Shown here one piece after another: positions 10,399 to 19,537 of a stretch of DNA of 64,000 bases (position 1 is its first letter; every line of letters starts with the position of its first letter). This DNA is from an uncultured Calditrichaceae bacterium. GTDB lineage: Bacteria > Calditrichota > Calditrichia > RBG-13-44-9. A model generated the notes under the pieces. That model was not told the origin of the DNA, ran no database searches, and saw only the letters and a program-made list of their open reading frames with translations. The stretch is taken from NCBI GenBank assembly GCA_964624795.1, contig CAZUZS010000016.1, forward strand, positions 6,855 to 70,854, read 5' to 3'. Made by a program: the position numbers and the translations under genes.

Positions 10399-11343
10399 TT
10401 GATGATGGACGAAAATTCCGGCAAACTGACCCGCACACCGGTGGAAGCGCTGGATGAGATTTTGGGTAAGCCATTCAAAGTACTGGACGACGGCTTTGTC
10501 CGGGTCATCGATTACATGGGTTCGGATGAGTCCATCGTGCAGGCGGCGCGTGTTTCCTACGGCAAAGGAACCAAGAAAGTACACCAGGATCGGGGGCTGA
10601 TCCGCTACCTGATGCGGCATCGCCACACCACACCGTTCGAAATGTGCGAGATCAAGCTGCACATTCGGGTACCCATGGATTGCTGGCGGCAGTGGATACG
10701 GCACAGAAGCGCCAATGTCAACGAATATTCCACTCGCTATTCAGTGGCCATCGACGCCGCCCAGGTCACGCTGCCGGGCGAATGGCGTTTGCAGGCTACC
10801 GGCAACCGGCAGGGCAGCGCCGGGCTCCTCGACGAAAAAACAGGCGAAGAATTCAGCCGAAAAGAAAAAGAGCTGCAGCAACTGGCGCGGCAGGTTTACA
10901 ACAAGCGGCTGGAAGCCGGGATCGCCCGTGAACAGGCGCGCAAAGACCTGCCGCTATCCACCTACACCGAAGCTTACTGGAAAATCGACTTGCACAACCT
11001 GCTTCATTTCCTGGGGCTGCGCATGGATATTAACGCCCAGTACGAAATCCGCAGCTACGCCAATATTATCGGCAACGAAATCGTCAGCCGCTGGTGCCCC
11101 ACGGCGTGGGAGGCATTCAATGATTACCACATGAATGCGATCAGTTTTTCACGTCTGGAGCTGGAGATTATTCAGGCGGTTGCCGCCGGGAAAAACAACG
11201 TTGCTGTGGAACGTGCCCGCAGTTTCGGCTGGCTGGAGGAGAAAGAAGGCCGCCTGAAAAGCAACCGGGAAAGAACAGAATTCGAGGAAAAGCTGATCGG
11301 GCTGAAGTTGTCCATTCCATGGCGCGAGCTTCTTTCCATGTGA
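10399..11343 (+). CDS. thyX: FAD-dependent thymidylate synthase
   Basis: RHR-x7-S signature (RHRSANVNEYS); HTTPFE, AREQAR and AQYEIR motifs. Confidence 0.95.
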   Translation: MMMDENSGKLTRTPVEALDEILGKPFKVLDDGFVRVIDYMGSDESIVQAARVSYGKGTKKVHQDRGLIRYLMRHRHTTPFEMCEIKLHIRVPMDCWRQWIRHRSANVNEYSTRYSVAIDAAQVTLPGEWRLQATGNRQGSAGLLDEKTGEEFSRKEKELQQLARQVYNKRLEAGIAREQARKDLPLSTYTEAYWKIDLHNLLHFLGLRMDINAQYEIRSYANIIGNEIVSRWCPTAWEAFNDYHMNAISFSRLELEIIQAVAAGKNNVAVERARSFGWLEEKEGRLKSNRERTEFEEKLIGLKLSIPWRELLSM

Positions 11344-11357
11344 GATTGCATGAAGCT

Positions 11358-11502
11358 TACCACGGAATCTCACAGATCTTTCACAGACGCGCATTTGCTG
11401 CTCAGATATTGGTGGTTTAACAACGATGGAGAATCCGATGTTGAAATTTCATTGTGCGAGCGACCGCACCATTTTTTGTGTCTTTCGTGTATTTCGTGGT
11501 TA
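11358..11502. repeat. Short element bounded by imperfect inverted, internally iterated repeats
   Basis: Left end accacggaatctcacagatctttcacaga; right end tttgtgtctttcgtgtatttcgtggtt; no credible ORF between. Confidence 0.45.
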
Positions 11503-11518
11503 AAAATATTATTCATCA

Positions 11519-12697
11519 ATGTTCTCATCACGTTTAAACTGGAATCAGGAAACCAACCGCCTGGTGCGCATACTGGAAGAAAAGCGACGCGCCGGTGAAA
11601 TAATTCTGGATTTGACCGAATCCAATCCAACCCGTGCCGGATTTAAATATCCCGAACAGGAAATTTTGGGTGCACTGTCGCAGACAGAATCCCTGCGCTA
11701 TGAACCTTCTCCGCGGGGACTGTTGAAAGCAAGAGAAGCAGTTGCCGCCTACTACAGAATGCGCGGGAAAGAAACCGATACCGATTCAATTTTCCTCACT
11801 GCCAGCACCAGCGAGGCCTACGCCGATCTGTTCAAACTGCTTGCCGATCCAGGGGACGAGATCCTGGTTCCCGCCCCCGGTTACCCGCTTTTCGAGATGC
11901 TGAGCGCACTGGAATCGGTAAAACCGATTTTCTATCCGCTGAAATACGATGAAAACCACGGTTGGCGGATCGATCTTGAAATGCTGCAAATGAGTGTCAG
12001 CACTAAAACCCGTGCCGTTGTCGTGGTGAATCCCAACAATCCCACCGGTTCCTATCTGAAAATCGGGGAGCTGGAGATCATAAATGAGATTTGCGCCGAA
12101 CACCAACTGGCGCTGATTGTGGACGAGGTTTTCTCCGATTACCGCTTATCTGCGAACGAACAGATTGTCTTGTCGGCTGCCGGCAACCAGCCGGTGCTTA
12201 CATTTGTGCTGAACGGCTTCTCAAAAATCCTGGGCCTGCCGCAGCTCAAACTGGCCTGGATTCTGGTCAACGAACCGCAGTCGCTTGTTTCAGATGCCAT
12301 TCACCGGCTGGAATTTATCGCAGACACCTTCCTTTCGGTTTCCGCAAGTGTGCAGCACGCCGCCCCGGAACTGTTTCGGTTGCGGGATTCCATTCAAAAA
12401 CAGATCCAATCCCGCACAAACGACAATTATAAATATCTGGAAATTACCGGAAAACAGTCCGGCACTTTCCGTGTTCTGAAACGGGAGGGCGGCTGGTATG
12501 CGGTTGTGCAACTTCGCGGAGCGCAGTCTGCCGAAACAACCAGTTACAGGCTGCTGGAAGAAAAAAATGTCTATCTGCATCCCGGTTATTTCTATAATTT
12601 TAAGAAGGATGAATTTCTGGTAGTCAGTCTGCTCCCACCGGTTGAGAGTCTCCGGGAAGGAACTTCCCGGCTGGCAGCGTTATTGAAAAATAGCTAA
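11519..12697 (+). CDS. Class I/II PLP-dependent aminotransferase
   Basis: NPNNPTG, VDEVF and LNGFSKILGLPQLKLAW motifs. Confidence 0.88.
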   Translation: MFSSRLNWNQETNRLVRILEEKRRAGEIILDLTESNPTRAGFKYPEQEILGALSQTESLRYEPSPRGLLKAREAVAAYYRMRGKETDTDSIFLTASTSEAYADLFKLLADPGDEILVPAPGYPLFEMLSALESVKPIFYPLKYDENHGWRIDLEMLQMSVSTKTRAVVVVNPNNPTGSYLKIGELEIINEICAEHQLALIVDEVFSDYRLSANEQIVLSAAGNQPVLTFVLNGFSKILGLPQLKLAWILVNEPQSLVSDAIHRLEFIADTFLSVSASVQHAAPELFRLRDSIQKQIQSRTNDNYKYLEITGKQSGTFRVLKREGGWYAVVQLRGAQSAETTSYRLLEEKNVYLHPGYFYNFKKDEFLVVSLLPPVESLREGTSRLAALLKNS

Positions 12698-12720
12698 TAC
12701 TTCCTTTCAAGGAGCAAATT

Positions 12721-13734
12721 TTGAACAGCCGTCAACGGATCAAAAAAATCATTGGAGGGGAAGCTGCCGACCGCTGCGGTTTCTGGCTGGGAAATCCCCA
12801 CCGGGACACTCTGCCCATCTGCCATAAATATTTCGGGACATCCACCGAGGAGGAACTTCACCAAAAACTGGGCAGTGATTTCCGTTGGATTTGTCCGCAA
12901 TACATGGATACCACCTACCGCCACCCGGACGGAAAGGGGATTTTCGACCTATGGAAGCACAAGAAATCGCTCGGGGAGGCGGGACCGCTTGCTACCTGCG
13001 AGAATGTAGAGGAGGTTGAGCAGTTCGATTGGCCAAATCCCGATTACCTGGATTTTGGCGAGGTGCGGACGGTTCTGGAAAATGCCGGCGATTACTACCG
13101 GGCGAGCGGCTTCTGGGCGCCATTTTTCCATGACGTCATGGATTTGGTCGGAATGGAAAACTACCTCGTCAAAATGTTCACCAACCCAGTGATCATTCAC
13201 GCCATTACCGCGCGGGTATGCGGTTTTTACCTGGAAGCAAATGAGCGTTTTTACCGCGCCGCCGGCGATCTGGTGGACGGCTATTTTTTCGGAAACGATT
13301 TCGGCACGCAAATCGATCTGCTTCTCACGCCGCAGCAGTTCGATGATTTCATTCTGCCCTGGTTTCGCAAGTTTATCCGGCAGGCACACGATCACGGCTG
13401 CCAGGTGATTCTTCATTCCTGCGGATCGATACATCGCATCATTGGCAAACTAATTGAGGAAGGCGTGAATTGCCTGCACCCCTTGCAGGCCAAAGCCCGG
13501 AATATGGACGCCGACACGCTGGCACGGGATTTCAAGGGGCAGATTGCCTTCATGGGTGGAATAGACACCCAGGATCTGCTGGTACATGCATCGCCGGCTG
13601 AAGTAAAAGAGGCGGTGCGCCGGGTGAGGCAATTGCTCGGGCCCGGCTACATTGTGAGTCCCAGCCACGAGGCACTGCTTCCTGACGTGCCGCCGCAAAA
13701 TATCGCCGCAATGGCGGAGGCGGCGCAGGAGTGA
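12721..13734 (+). CDS. Uroporphyrinogen decarboxylase-like (URO-D/MtaA/CmuA) family protein
   Basis: FGNDFG, LHSCGS, MGGIDTQ and SPSHEALLPDVP motifs of the URO-D/MetE TIM-barrel family. Confidence 0.8.
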   Translation: MNSRQRIKKIIGGEAADRCGFWLGNPHRDTLPICHKYFGTSTEEELHQKLGSDFRWICPQYMDTTYRHPDGKGIFDLWKHKKSLGEAGPLATCENVEEVEQFDWPNPDYLDFGEVRTVLENAGDYYRASGFWAPFFHDVMDLVGMENYLVKMFTNPVIIHAITARVCGFYLEANERFYRAAGDLVDGYFFGNDFGTQIDLLLTPQQFDDFILPWFRKFIRQAHDHGCQVILHSCGSIHRIIGKLIEEGVNCLHPLQAKARNMDADTLARDFKGQIAFMGGIDTQDLLVHASPAEVKEAVRRVRQLLGPGYIVSPSHEALLPDVPPQNIAAMAEAAQE

Positions 13735-13854
13735 GGGGCCGAGACTCTTCTGTACCGGATATTTCTATTTTGAAATGAATTTACTGGATGAGGGGCGATT
13801 CCGGGTCAAGCGCTAATGCTCGTCGTCTCTCATCTAAATCGCAAAAAACAAAAG

Positions 13855-13929
13855 GTCATTTCGAGGAGCTGGCGACAAGGAATCTTTTCCTGCGGTTGTC
13901 TTAAGATTTCTCACTTCATTCGAAATAAC
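13855..13929. repeat. Palindromic intergenic element, GTCATTTCGA...TCGAAAT(G/A)AC type
   Basis: gtcatttcga at 13855 pairs with tcgaaataac ending at 13929 (1 mismatch); inner arms gaatct and agattt. Confidence 0.6.
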
Positions 13930-14052
13930 ACTATCGATTATTTTTTCACTTCCAGGTGAGGCTTAACAATTGTTCTGAGAAAAGACTGTCTTATATTACG
14001 GGGGTTTACTAAATTGCCCTGAATTTAAGTGGGGAAGAACCGGGAGAAGAAC

Positions 14053-14445
14053 GTGGACTGTCCTGTCTGTAAATCGTCGATGGTGATTTTGGAATTCCAA
14101 GGAGTGGAGGTTGACTACTGTCCTTCATGCCACGGCATCTGGCTTGACCAGGGTGAGCTGGAGCTGCTGCTCGATATGAAAGAAAAACCGCTTGATCTTT
14201 CCGATATTCCTTCTGCGCAGAAGGGAGAGCGGCGCTGCCCGCGCTGCCGCAGGAAAATGCAAAAGGGCGATTTCCCGGGCACCAGTGTGGAAGTGGACAT
14301 CTGCCCGCGGGACAACGGTTTATGGCTGGACAAAGGGGAGCTGCTCACCATTGCCCGCTCCCAGGCTTCCGGCGAAGCCGTGGAAAAGGTAAGCAATTTT
14401 TTTTCATCGCTGTTCCGGGAAGAACATCATATAGAGGAGAAATAG
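14053..14445 (+). CDS. Double zf-TFIIB-type zinc-finger protein
   Basis: CPVC...VDYCPSCHGIWLDQGEL and CPRC...VDICPRDNGLWLDKGEL. GTG start behind GGAG (track start 14029). Confidence 0.85.
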   Translation: MDCPVCKSSMVILEFQGVEVDYCPSCHGIWLDQGELELLLDMKEKPLDLSDIPSAQKGERRCPRCRRKMQKGDFPGTSVEVDICPRDNGLWLDKGELLTIARSQASGEAVEKVSNFFSSLFREEHHIEEK

Positions 14446-14446
14446 A

Positions 14447-14998
14447 ATGGCCTATTTGATTGTGCTTGGCGTTATTGTATTGCTCGTGATTTGGATAATC
14501 GGGATGTACAACGGGCTGGTGCGGCTGCGCAACCAGGTGAAGAATGCCTGGTCTCAGATCGATGTGCAGCTTAAACGGCGGCACGACCTGATTCCCAACC
14601 TGGTGGAAACCGCGAAGGGATATATGAAACATGAGCGGGAGACGCTGGAAGAAATCACCAAGGCCCGCAACCTGGCGGTGCAGGCAGGGAGTGTGGCGGA
14701 GCAGGGAAAGGCCGAGGGGCAGCTCAACAGCGCACTCAGCCGTTTTTTGATGGTTGTGGAAAACTACCCGGATTTGAAGGCCAACCAGAATTTTCTGGCG
14801 CTACAGGAGGAATTAACGTCCACTGAAAACAAGGTGGGTTTCGCCCGCCAGTTTTACAATGACCAGGTGCAGCAATTCAATACCCGGATCGAGAGCTTCC
14901 CAACCAATATGATGGCCAATATGTTTGGGTTTAAACAGGCCGATTTCTTTGAGATCGAAACCCCGGCCGAACGCGAGGTGCCAAAAGTGAAATTTTAA
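14447..14998 (+). CDS. lemA: LemA family protein
   Basis: N-terminal TM helix; YNGLV, AWSQIDVQLKRRHDLIPNLV, ENYPDLKAN and RQFYND motifs. Confidence 0.95.
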   Translation: MAYLIVLGVIVLLVIWIIGMYNGLVRLRNQVKNAWSQIDVQLKRRHDLIPNLVETAKGYMKHERETLEEITKARNLAVQAGSVAEQGKAEGQLNSALSRFLMVVENYPDLKANQNFLALQEELTSTENKVGFARQFYNDQVQQFNTRIESFPTNMMANMFGFKQADFFEIETPAEREVPKVKF

Positions 14999-15028
14999 TT
15001 TGCACCGTGAAATGACAGGGACTTAAGC

Positions 15029-16291
15029 ATGTGGGAAGTTATTCGCCAAAATAGAGTAAAATCCGTCTGGCTCATCGTCATCATGACGCTGGTTCTGGCG
15101 GCACTGGGTGGCAGCATCGGGTACTATCTGCAACCGGCTTACCCGGCGGATGGCCTTTTTTGGGGCATTCTGGCCGCAATGGGTGTCTGGATTGTCATGC
15201 TGCTGATCAGCCTGGCTGGCAGCGAAAAAATCCTGTTGGCGACTGCCGGCGCCCGCGAGGTGAGCAAAAAAGACGCACCGCAGCTTTACAACATTGTGGA
15301 GGAAATGAAAATTGCGGCAGGCCTGCCGGCCGTGCCGAAAGTCTATATCATCGATTCCAGCGTCCCCAATGCATTTGCGGTGGGGCTAAAGCCGGAACGC
15401 GCAGCAGTGGCGGTTACCACCGGCCTGATGGCCAAGCTGAACCGGGATGAGCTGCAGGGCGTAATTGGGCACGAAATCGGACACATTACCAACCGCGACA
15501 CGCTGTTTATGACACTTGCCGGGGTCACGGTTGGCGCCATCGTTATTTTGGCTGATCTTTTTATGCGTGGGCTCTGGTTCAGCAGCATCACCGGCTCCCG
15601 CCGGCGCTCGCGGGACAGCGGCGGCGGACAGGCAGCTATTGTCATCCTGATTGTCAGCATTGTCATGGCAATTTTGGCGCCGTTGCTGGCGCAGCTTCTC
15701 TACTTTGCTACTTCCCGCCGCCGGGAATACCTGGCGGATGCCAGCTCCGCGCAATTCACCCGCTACCCGGAAGGTTTGGCATCGGCACTGGAAAAAATCT
15801 CTGCCGGACAGAGCAAGAATTTCTCCAAAAGCCGGACACTGGCGCCGATGTACATTGTGAATCCGATGGCCGCTTCCGGGCGCGCTGCCGGGCTGTTCAG
15901 CACCCATCCGCCCACCGAAGATCGCATCCGCATTCTGCGTGGTATGGCGAAAGGCTCTTCCCTGGCGGCGTATGAACAGGCATTTCGCGCGGAGCACAAT
16001 GCCGGATTAATAGGCTCCGGAGACTTGAAGTCATCGCAAGAAAAAGGAATTCGTCAGCCAACAGCGCCGGCGGAGCACAACCATCAGCAGAGCTTGCGAC
16101 AAGCCAAAGACATCCTGCACAAAACGGCAGGTTATGCAATCATTTCATGTGCCTGCGGTTTGAATCTGAAAATTCCGCCAGATTTCGGCCAAAACAAAGT
16201 GCGCTGTCCCCGTTGTGGAACAACCCACGAAATTCCGGTCGAATTTCTGGCCGCAACGTCTGCAGGCCTGGAACAATTAGGGAAAAAATAA
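15029..16291 (+). CDS. htpX: M48 family zinc metalloprotease (HtpX-like) with C-terminal zinc ribbon
   Basis: PNAFA, HEIGH (HExxH), SRRREYLADA and STHPPTEDRI motifs; extra C-terminal CACG-x-CPRC. Confidence 0.88.
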   Translation: MWEVIRQNRVKSVWLIVIMTLVLAALGGSIGYYLQPAYPADGLFWGILAAMGVWIVMLLISLAGSEKILLATAGAREVSKKDAPQLYNIVEEMKIAAGLPAVPKVYIIDSSVPNAFAVGLKPERAAVAVTTGLMAKLNRDELQGVIGHEIGHITNRDTLFMTLAGVTVGAIVILADLFMRGLWFSSITGSRRRSRDSGGGQAAIVILIVSIVMAILAPLLAQLLYFATSRRREYLADASSAQFTRYPEGLASALEKISAGQSKNFSKSRTLAPMYIVNPMAASGRAAGLFSTHPPTEDRIRILRGMAKGSSLAAYEQAFRAEHNAGLIGSGDLKSSQEKGIRQPTAPAEHNHQQSLRQAKDILHKTAGYAIISCACGLNLKIPPDFGQNKVRCPRCGTTHEIPVEFLAATSAGLEQLGKK

Positions 16292-16501
16292 GTCTCGTAA
16301 ATCATTCAAGAACATACCCTCTTTTCGTGTGTTTCAGTTCTTCTCCGCAGGAGAATAAAGCGGGAAGTTTTTATTTGGAGAGCGAGTCAGTCATATGAAG
16401 GGCGGCGAACAGGCTATGGTCTGAATGCGAAGAAAAGCCCCGCATATATTGCCGATCAGGAAACACAGAACGTTTATGAACCAATTAATACAAAAACGGG
16501 A

Positions 16502-18991
16502 TTGAACATTTTGGAATCAAAAATAAGGAACAAAGCCGGGTTCGCGGCGAAATTATTATTCCTCCTGTCATTGCCGGCGCTGGCGCTCGGATTTACGCCG
16601 CAACCGGACAGCCCGCTCGCCAATCATTCACATCCGAGGCTTCATCTCACACAAAAAAACCTGCCGGCCTTCCGCCAGGAATTGGGAAAGTATTTCAATA
16701 AGGAGTACCAGCAACTTGTAACCTGGGCGGCAAATGAGGATGTGGACAGCAAGGGAAATACGATTTCGGATTCCCGGCACAATCCTTTGCGGGCTTTGCT
16801 GGTTAACCAGGCATTCATCGCGGCAATTGGTAAGGTGGACGGCATTGGGTACCCGATTCCGTTGGAGGCATATGCCGAGAGAGCAATATCGCGGCTCATC
16901 GATCAGTTAAAGGACGGAGAAACGCTTTCCTACGCGGCAGCTTTAACATACGACTGGACATTTAACTTCATGACCGTGGCTCAACGCCAGGAAATAGCGA
17001 ATATGATGCTGGAGCGCAACATTTCAAACAAGGCCATTGATCACTCGATTGCAAATCCCGTCTTTACACCGGACCAGCTTTTCAGTTCCAAGTATTTCGA
17101 GGGCTGTTACGCCTGGTACATCGCCCTGGCATTTTGGGGAGACGGTTTCATCGACAAACAAGCAGACCGTGCAGTGGATACCTTTTATGACATCATGCTG
17201 AATTACGGTTACCTGGATGCACAAAATTTTGTGGCGGACGGCGCCGGCGGCTGGGCGGAATGGATTGGTTATTCAAGCTGGCACCCCCGCACACATCTGC
17301 TGCTGGTGGATGGATGGCGCACCGCCACCGGCGAAGATTTTATCTCAAAGAACACCCTTGATGATGGAAATGCGATAAAAAATTACCCGACTTTCATCTC
17401 CTACGCCGTCGACCCCTTTGAATACGCAAATAAGTTTTACACCTACCTGCGAATGGGCGACGCCGAAACAAGTGAAACATCCCTTGAGCACGGATCGATG
17501 CGCGAGCAGTTTTTCACATTAACCGGCATTTTGTCAAGATCGGGATTGATGGGCCAGGCGGGTCTGGTTAAAAGGGTGATTAAAAAATATAAAGCGGGGT
17601 GGCCAGATAAGGACTTGCCCAGCCTGTGGTTTTTTTTGGGAATGGAAGGTTCGGTTCCCGCAAAATCTCCGGAGGAATTGAATTTTAAAAAGTCGATGTG
17701 GTCCAGGAACCTGGGTGTTTTTATTGCCCGCACCGGTTTTGAAAATCAAGCCGACGGCGTGTTTTTCGTTACCGCCAGCCACTTTCTTTACGACGGACAC
17801 GACGGGCCGGACGACCGAATCGGATTCGGCCTTGTAAAATACGGGGCGCTTGTGAATACCCGCGAGGTCGCCCACCGGGGTTACGGAAACCTGGAAGATT
17901 ATCCTGGTGCTCATAGGGAAAATTCCGTCTTCTTCGAAGGAGATCACCGGCTTCATCACAAAATGCTGAATAATCCTTCCGACCTGAAGCAGGCATCAAA
18001 TGAAAGAAGAAATTTTGACCAGGGAGGAATTGAACAGGTAACCTCTTTGGACAACGCCTTTTTCCATGTGCGGGTAAATTTCGACCGCCAGCTGGACAGC
18101 ACAGTTTCTCACACCCGGGAATACGTCTGGCTGCCGGGGAATAACCCGTCAACAGACTCGGATTTTCTGGTAGTTTACGACCGTTGCAAGGCGCCTTCCC
18201 GCCCCCATTGGATTTATCACGTGCCCTGGAAACCCTCAGTAACCAATTTTAAATCGAGTGAAAACATCACTACCGGAAGAGGCACAAAAGATCGTCTGGG
18301 AGAAGGATTTACGGGAAAAAGCATGGTTATTAAATCCCTCAACGGCACCGGCGGCGAGAAGGACAGCGATGGCGGCAAGCAGGATTTTACCGCCGGACTG
18401 GGCGCGCACGGCGTATGCTTCTCCAGGACACTTCTGCCCGCCACCGCCAGAGTAGAGATTTCGAGGGTGGCTTCGCTGGACAAGCAGGTTCTGAAGCGCC
18501 AACACCATCTCGCCATCAAATCTCATCGCTGGCAGATCGATATTATGCCTGTGGAAAATAGCCGTGAGCAGCGGTTTTTGAACATTTTTCAGACCGCCGA
18601 TGCGAACACAACCTCGTCAATGGCACAATGCTCGGCAATTGATGCCGGCAGCTCACTGCAAGGAGTATGGATTGCCAGCGAGGCGAAAGACCGCCCAAAT
18701 ATTGCAGTTCTATTCAATAAACAGTATGAATTGATACGCGGGGCGATCCGGTATTCTGTGAATGGAATCGGCAAAGTGAGACATGTAATCGTTGGTCTGC
18801 GACCGGAATTTTCTTACGACATCAAAATCGATGGTCCGAGTGGTGCGAAGATACTTCACAAAAAGCCGGAAACGGATGTCCGTTTATGGGACTATAAAGG
18901 AATTCAGGAAAACAAGGAAAGTGGCGTCCTGTATTTCGAATCCGAAATCGGGGGACTGACGACCATTGACATTACACCCGCAGGAAATTAA
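16502..18991 (+). CDS. Secreted heparinase II/III-like (polysaccharide lyase-like) protein, copy 1
   Basis: Signal-peptide-like N-terminus; GGWAEWIGY, GVFIARTGF, FLVVYDR..PHWIYHVP and RWQIDIMP...RFLNIFQ blocks resemble the heparinase II architecture as recalled. Confidence 0.6.
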   Translation: MNILESKIRNKAGFAAKLLFLLSLPALALGFTPQPDSPLANHSHPRLHLTQKNLPAFRQELGKYFNKEYQQLVTWAANEDVDSKGNTISDSRHNPLRALLVNQAFIAAIGKVDGIGYPIPLEAYAERAISRLIDQLKDGETLSYAAALTYDWTFNFMTVAQRQEIANMMLERNISNKAIDHSIANPVFTPDQLFSSKYFEGCYAWYIALAFWGDGFIDKQADRAVDTFYDIMLNYGYLDAQNFVADGAGGWAEWIGYSSWHPRTHLLLVDGWRTATGEDFISKNTLDDGNAIKNYPTFISYAVDPFEYANKFYTYLRMGDAETSETSLEHGSMREQFFTLTGILSRSGLMGQAGLVKRVIKKYKAGWPDKDLPSLWFFLGMEGSVPAKSPEELNFKKSMWSRNLGVFIARTGFENQADGVFFVTASHFLYDGHDGPDDRIGFGLVKYGALVNTREVAHRGYGNLEDYPGAHRENSVFFEGDHRLHHKMLNNPSDLKQASNERRNFDQGGIEQVTSLDNAFFHVRVNFDRQLDSTVSHTREYVWLPGNNPSTDSDFLVVYDRCKAPSRPHWIYHVPWKPSVTNFKSSENITTGRGTKDRLGEGFTGKSMVIKSLNGTGGEKDSDGGKQDFTAGLGAHGVCFSRTLLPATARVEISRVASLDKQVLKRQHHLAIKSHRWQIDIMPVENSREQRFLNIFQTADANTTSSMAQCSAIDAGSSLQGVWIASEAKDRPNIAVLFNKQYELIRGAIRYSVNGIGKVRHVIVGLRPEFSYDIKIDGPSGAKILHKKPETDVRLWDYKGIQENKESGVLYFESEIGGLTTIDITPAGN

Positions 18992-19537
18992 TCGAGCGCT
19001 GACTGACTATTTTGAATCCGCCGAAAATTCTTCTCTAATTTTCTCGCAGCCCGGTTTTGGCCATTAAAATCCATTCGCCTTAACCGGTGATTTGGAATAC
19101 GCTCACCATTACGGAATATCATTAAATCGCTCCTGCCGAACGATGTGAGTGAAAATCGTCCTAAACATGTTCGGCAACTTTGTCGTCTTGTCAGGCGCTT
19201 AGAAATAATCGGCCTCATTCTGCAAAATTGCTGGCACAATAAAATGGTTGGATTAGAAGAATTCGCTCCTTTATTAAGCTCTGAATACCCCGACCGCCGG
19301 CATCTCGAATAATCCTGGCCATGCCATTTGGTATGGAAATTGCGCATTTTAAAACAGGGATTTGATGTTGAAGGGAAATAACATGATGTTTGAATTTGAA
19401 AATGGATTTTCTGTAAAGGGATTGCACATGAATTATGTTACGCCTTTCCCTACCGATCCATTCGAGAAACACTGCGCACAAATGCCAGAGAAGGGATTCA
19501 TTAGTAAGAAATGAAGTTTAACATGGAGGAGCCAAAA

